From the NCBI GenBank assembly GCA_040954595.2, contig CM082578.2:4756831-4820830 (forward strand): a stretch of DNA of 64,000 bases, given 5' to 3'. Under the pieces are notes generated by a model. It saw nothing but the letters and a program-made list of their open reading frames with translations, was not told where the DNA came from and did not search any database. Positions within the stretch are counted from its first letter, which is position 1. Each line of letters starts with the position of its first letter. The position numbers were made by a program, and so were the translations under genes. The DNA is from Balanoglossus misakiensis. Taxonomy: Eukaryota > Animalia > Hemichordata. Of this stretch, positions 57,119 through 64,000 are shown piece after piece.

Positions 57119-60100
57119 AAATTGGGTGTTCCTATGCAACATTTTTCAATATTAAAGATAGTCTAAAACCTTGTGGACAATGCTGAGTCAGCACTTTTCT
57201 TGCACTAGCTCTGAGGGCAAGTCTTATTGACTGGACTAGTAAGGAGCACCTAGCCTTGATTCAGACGCAATTGCTTCGCCAGTGCAAAGTGCGCCTCTAG
57301 GGCTGTTTATGGTGATCTGGTGCTGGCAGAGCGTTTGAAGTGTCAGACTATATAATCTAACCACGATAAAAATTGGGAAATTAAATGTTTTTGGCATTTG
57401 TTTCTGATTGAGGCCTGTCATTTGTTTTATTTTGAGTTGATAGACCCCTGAGAAAAAAAATTACGATGCCTGTCCTGAAATGATGAGGAGTGTCCGACTT
57501 TTGAAATATTTACCAAGGGAAAAATTGGAAAGTGTTAAAACAGTTACAGCTGTCATTCACTTTAGTTTGAGCTGATGCAACACCCACTGTCGACCGTCCT
57601 ACCATAATTCTAAGCAATGGACACAGAAATTGTCATTCCTTCTATTTTGGGACACCATGCTTGGCTTACCTAATATCTTATCTTTGGCAAATACAAATTG
57701 GCATTCTATGTCTAGGGCTAAAACGTAATGTCATTCATTTTTCATAGCGTAACATATTGTCATTCGTTTTACATCATTTGAATATGTACATTGCAGGCAC
57801 GTAATTAACTGGTAACAATTGTGATTGAGGCCAGTACTAATCTAACTGTGATGGCAACTTTTGAGCCGGTGTCGTGAGCAGATGGTCTCACGCTGGATCC
57901 AGCTGACATAGTCACAGACTTACCCTCACAGAAGGTCATACAACTTCCCTTTGACACATTGACAATAAAAAAAGACTGCAAATAATCTAATTTTTCATGT
58001 GCTTTTATTAACAGAGTCAGAACTGCACAAAGTGAACATTTACCCCGCACTAAAACCCAGGAAAAAAACCTTTTTCATGATAAGGGAAAAAAATGCTCTG
58101 GGAAAGCGTAGGTAATATGCAGATTCACCAGTTTACAGATAATTGTATTTTACTGAAATTAATGCTTCCTAACTAAACTTTCAAATGAAAATGCTAATCT
58201 GGCTTAGAAAATAGTTGAAAGAGAAAATATTGACAATTTTACTATATCAAGCAAAAGTTCTGGGTAAAACTGACAAATATCAATAGTTTGTCACTCAGAA
58301 TAAATAAAGTGTTCTCAGTAAATCATAACAAGTTTGTTGTTACACTGTTCTGTATAACAATTTAAGGACCACTACCTGTAACTTTTGGTACAGAACATTG
58401 TTATTATTGGCAAATGCATTCCATTGCAGACTTGAATACATTTTGTAACAATAACAATGCTGATTATGCACGCAAGAAACTATGGTTCATGCACAGACCA
58501 AAATTACTGAAAAAATCATAAAATGTTACAGATAGTGGAACCTCATAAATGTTCCATAAATATTAGAACTTTAAAATGGCAAGCAAAAGCAAAATCATAA
58601 ATTTTCACGTTAAAATAGGAAGAATAAAAGGGATAATATTTAAACTGTTGAAACTGCACACACAAGTAAGTTGTGTAGAAAGTGAACTTCGTGTATATAT
58701 CATGAGTTATATACATGAAGGAAACCTCATCAGTTACAGCCACTGGTAAAACTTCATTGAAGATCCCCGAACTTGGGGGTAAAGACTTAAAGACATGGGC
58801 ACCGAGATGACTGTGCCACAAAAAATAAATACTTTTTCAAAGTTTATTAAAGACTCCCAAACATCGAGGGAAAATGACAGAGGAAAGGAATGATCAAGAG
58901 TAAATTGAATGTGTATAAAATATTGAATTGTTTTTTTTAAAAGGTAAAAACCACAAGTTTGTTATTGTTCATAAAGTGTAAATAATGCATTGTCTGGAAG
59001 TCATGTTGTATAGGCTTGATTCTATTTAATTTACGAGTGAATCCCCTTCTATTATGCCACCCCCCCCCTCCCCTAAATAAGAAAACCCAGAATTATGCCT
59101 ATATGGCTTCTGCAAACATTATTTATGCATTTATGAAGAAAAATACAGTAGACGCTCACACATTGCATATGAATGTGTACAATAATATGTACACATGCAC
59201 ACATCAAGATTGATAAGAATACTTAATGTCAAGTAAAAGCGAAATCGTAAAGTTCATAATAAAATGCAAAAAATTAAACAGATATACCGGTATATCAAAC
59301 TTTTCAACACAGCTGTGAAAAGCAACTAATGAACTGATCCCAGGAAACTACACTGGACTTGAAGGGATCTATTGCAATTATTTTTGCATCACCAAATTTG
59401 TTTAGTCATGTATATGGTATTCTCAAATAAATTGCAAATTGAAACCTTCTCATCTGTTATAGCCATTGGGAAAACTTCATTAAAGACGTACCCTCCAACA
59501 CTGAGGAAAAATATACAGAAATCATGAATGTTAAAATGTCCACAAACACACACATACATATTTTTTATTTATAATATGCGAAAGTACATTGGAGGAAGCG
59601 AAAACAGCGCGCGCAAAGAGATAGACGAGTTGAAGAGGGACTGCAATCTTGTGACTTCTTCTGCAAGGATGGTGAACCTGCTTCATCAGATAGCAACCAC
59701 AGAGGACTCCCAGACGTCAACCAAGATGGCAGTGTACAAAGTGTGTATCATCAGCACTCTCCTCAATGGCAGCAAAACATGGACGACCAACTCGAAACAG
59801 GAGCGCCAACTGAACAGCTTCCATCTGCATTATCTTCGCTATATCCTTGGCATCCACTGGAGTGACACAAATTCCAATGCCCAGGTCCTAGAGCGTGCAG
59901 GTCTTCCTATCACATTCACACACTGCTTAGGCAACACAAGACTTTGGTGGCTAGGCCATGTGCCAAGGATGGAGGATGGACACATTCCCCCAAAGAGAAG
60001 AGACAGTCACCCCCATCTGGGCTACAAAGATGTCTGCAAGCGTGCAAGAAAGCCCTGGACATCAACACAGAGAATTCGGAAGAGGTTATAGCAGTGTTCT

Positions 60101-63100
60101 TCACAAGCAGCTAAAGTCATGAAGAGGAAGAAATCCTGACCACAGCCAGTGAAAAGAGAGCCAAGCAGAAGGCATGCACCCCAGAAGATACCCAAACAAA
60201 GTCACATCTGCAGCAAATGTGGCAGAGATTGCCACTCCCGCATCTGACTCAAAAGCCACAGCTGTCAACAAGACTTTGGTGGCTTGGCCATGTGCCAAGG
60301 ATGGAGTATGGACGCATTCTCAAAGTCATCCTCCAGCAAGAGAAGAGACAGTCGCCCCAATCTGGGCTACAAAGATGTCTACAAGCGGACATCATGACAT
60401 GAAAGCCCTGGACATCAACATGGAGAATTGGGAAGAGGTAGCAGCCGACCACAGCAAAAGTGTTCTCCACAAGCAGCTGAAGTTCGGAGAGGAAAAAAAG
60501 GATGACCAGAGCAAGCAAAAAGAGAGCCAAGCAGAAGGCACACACCCAATCAGCCAACCCCAACAATCCACACCCGCAGCAAATGCACCCGAGACTGCCC
60601 CGTCTCCAGCATCAGACTCATTAGCCACAGCCGCCGCTGTCACTAGCAACATCATGACTTTCTCTGGTGCAATATCAATATGTCGGTGCCATCTGACGGA
60701 GGGCCTACTGCTCCCAGACACACAAAGATCATGAAAATTCAAAAAGTTAAATTCAAACATGTAACCATGGGAATCACAGATGCCAAACAATGACGACAGA
60801 ACTTCCATAAACCCAAAAATTACGAACATTCAAATGCAAATTAACACAAAAACCCCACAACTTTGGCAACATCACATATGCCAAAATACAAGTACTGAAC
60901 TCCAAAACAATCAATACAACCACAAAGAACCCTAACAAAAATCCCAGACACAAAAGATGTCTCTCCAAAGGGAAAAAAAATCTGAAAAGGTTGAGCACTG
61001 ACAAGTCTTGTCACTGCTCATCAAGGTTCTCAACAGAATGAAAAATACATTGCACCACTCACAAACAAACATACACGTATACTAGTATACATACACACAC
61101 AGACACAGAGACCCACGGGTATATTACATACATACATAGATACATACATACAAACACACAATAAATAAATGGGTGAATGAATGAATGAATGAATGAATGA
61201 ATGAATGAATGAATGATTAAATGAATGAATGATCAAATGAATGAATGAATGAATGGATGGATGAATGAATGAATGGATGAATGAATGAATGGCTAAACAA
61301 ACAAACACACAAAGAAAAAAATTAAACAAACAAAGAAATTATTCAAGCAGGATTTATGGGGCCCAAGTATTTTCCTCTTAGTATACTGGTATGGCCAATG
61401 TGCAACAAAATCGAGACTACTGGCCTGGAATTAGGTATGCCGAGTTCCTCAGTAGTGCATGTGAATAAAAAAACGCACCACTGGCTGTACTATTAGAATT
61501 AGGTATGCTCAAATTAATGGGGTCAACATTGGTCAAGGGGGTCCTGAAATTTTTCATAAAATTTTAGGTCCATTCTGGTCCATATGCATCAAAAACAAAA
61601 TATCTAATCTTAACAGACAGCCTGCAATTAGATATGCAGAAAAATAATGACATGCATGCATCAATTATGTAGGTCAAAGATCAGGTAGCATAAGGTATAT
61701 GCATATGTAATTAGGTTCTCAAAAAGTGGGTCAATAGCTGGTCATGTAAAAATTGAAAAAAAAATTGTGTGTGCTATCAATTTATTGGAGAAGTCATATT
61801 AAGATTTTCAGATAATCCAATATGGCCGCAAGGTCATGTGACTAATTAAAAATTCAAGGTTCAATGGATGACCACTCATTGACACAACCAACCATGAAAC
61901 CCCACAGCTTGGGCCCTTTTATAACAAAACAAACAAACAATAAAAAAGTGATCACTTATGATAAAATCACCCCCCCCCCCCCCCCCTCGGCAGTAACTCC
62001 CACAAGACCCAATTTTGTATCCTATTGCTATTAAACCTTTTACATTACCAAATCATACTTTCAAAATGTAGAATACTAGAAACTCATGCCTATATCAAGT
62101 ACAGTAATGGAAAAATGACAAAGAACAGAGAGAGAGAGAGCAAGTCAAACAATATGCAATGGTGGTTTACATGTACTTTTTATTGTCTTGTTTACTTTCT
62201 GAACACAACTGTTTCACACAAGTTTTTCTGTAATTCAAATTTTCTTGTCTCTTGCAGCTCTCAATGTTTTTATTGTGTGAGCCCCCTGATTTAAAAGGGA
62301 TGCAACAAAGAAATAAACAATAGCTGAAAATTGCTGTAATTCCTTTTATTTGTTTGCCATTTTACCTTTTATAAGTGGGTGCAGCTATGAGTTGTAAAGG
62401 CTCAATGGCAAACACCTGAAGGCTGCTGTATCCAGTGCGATTACATGTTAGTGCTAGTTTTCACACAGTGCTTGTTACGCGCAATGCTTATTGTGCCTAT
62501 AGGACCCAACAACCTTCAGGACAATATGTTGAACAAATGGCAGTGAGAATTCAGGACTGTAATAATCAATATAATGGGATTTATTAGAAAATATTTTATT
62601 TCAATGGTACACTTGTATGAAGTTGTGTTGGCGTACTGAAATGTACACGTTGCAATTTCATTTGAACCTGCTGCCCCTCTCTCTCTCTCTCTCTCTCTGA
62701 CACAATTACAAAAAAAATCCATCAGAATATTACATTTGTAATACAGATCATACAACTGAGGTAGGAATTGATCAATGTTCAATTTCAAGCCATGGGAGAA
62801 GTTCTGTTCTTGAAATGACGATGAAATCAAACAATGTTGGTTCAAGTCAGTGAAAGGAAAGTCATCTTGTCCAAGGAAACTTCTCTGCATCTAAAGAGCA
62901 CTGCCTTTTGAATTCATACATGTATCCTCTTCGTTCCTATAAACAGAAAGAGGACATCACACTTACCTTGTATTGATTTATCATAGCAACTAAGAAACAT
63001 TTAACTTACGCACAGAAACAAAGATGTGCTTCTTTCAAACACTGATTAGAGGATGAGCTCCAGAATGCGAAAACGTAATCAGGTAATTTCTTAATCACTT

Positions 63101-64000
63101 TGTGATATGCTTGTTGGGTGCCCTTTGACAGCCAGACAACAATGTAATAAGTCAATGATCTGGTCCCAACTGTATTATTAATACATAGCCATGGGTGGAG
63201 TGTGATGCAAAGGGCAATACAATGTACTGCCAATACTTCATACAGTTTCCTCACATGGCAGATAAATATTGTGCCCCAGCTGATACTAATTTCAGAGTAG
63301 ACTCACTGCAGATCATGTGACACTACAGAACAAGAACTTGTGAAATCTGCTAAGTAAATGTATCAATGTAACGCTCATAACACAATCAACAGTATTTGCG
63401 GTATGTTTATTCAAAAGTAATAAACATATGAACTTGGATTTTGACATGTGAGAATGATGAGTCAGTCTCATATTGTTATGCAAATTTGTGGGGGACCAGT
63501 GGAAACAATCAGGTCACTACCAGAGTTCTGGGATCAGTGAAAAATTAAACAAATGTGCAGGCCCTGAATACTAATACATTTGTAGTAAAACAAGTTCGAT
63601 TGAATGACATCCTTGTATGAAGTTAAAATAGACATGTTGATCTGTATCAAAATATGCCAATTATTTTTGTGTCAACCAACACAATGGTAACATTTATTGA
63701 CCAAGAAGATTTCCTGTTTTCATGGACTATACAATGTCATATACCGGCTGCCATCCAAAATGAGCATTTACATTCTATTCTGTCATCCATGGGGTCTACC
63801 GACTCTGCAGGGGAAGACTAAACTTTATCTTATGTTACCTTTCACATGTGCGTGGCTGTTTTACATGCATTCACAGATCTACATGTCGGTTGGCAGGTGT
63901 TCATCATAAGAAAGAAACTGTTATCTGCAAAATGAAAAATATGTGAAGTATTTTACAGTCAAACAACACAAAACTAAAAAAAATCTATGGACAGATGATC
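57119..64000. repeat. Tandem segmental duplication unit, copy 2 (runs off window)
   Basis: Colinear with 38094-44995, including RTE fragments, microsatellites and the solitary monomer. Confidence 0.95.
59700..60715 (+). mobile_element. RTE-clade LINE fragments (duplicate of 40700-41715)
   Basis: KMAVYKVCIISTLLNGSKTWTT...RLWWLGHVPRMEDG. Confidence 0.85.

Overview
AT-rich, intron-containing animal genomic DNA; a marine invertebrate is inferred from gene and repeat content only. Left to right: (1) 1-10.3 kb, a head-to-tail array of a ~1.43-kb transposon-like monomer lying in an intron of (2) a minus-strand SUR/ABCC8-9-type ABC transporter, of which only the first four coding exons are in the window; (3) a complete minus-strand 5-exon, ~2050-aa DED-NACHT (NLR-like) gene whose C-terminus has ~155-aa repeats instead of obvious LRRs, bracketed by matching PIF/Harbinger-like TIRs with TAA on both sides (14705-29539); (4) tRNA-Lys(TTT); (5) a complete 15-exon INF2-like formin on the plus strand; (6) a ~19-kb unit (38.1-57.1 kb) tandemly repeated from 57.1 kb to the window end. 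This unit has no intact ORF. It carries minus-strand splice signals, seven tandem non-coding exon-like units, a packed set of fragments from six TE groups (five antisense to the inferred transcript), and a 3' block shared with the NLR gene. The most interesting candidates are the piRNA-cluster-like duplicated unit sharing flanks with an NLR, the TIR-bracketed NLR, and the NLR's unusual repeat domain. All calls were made by eye; no searches were run.
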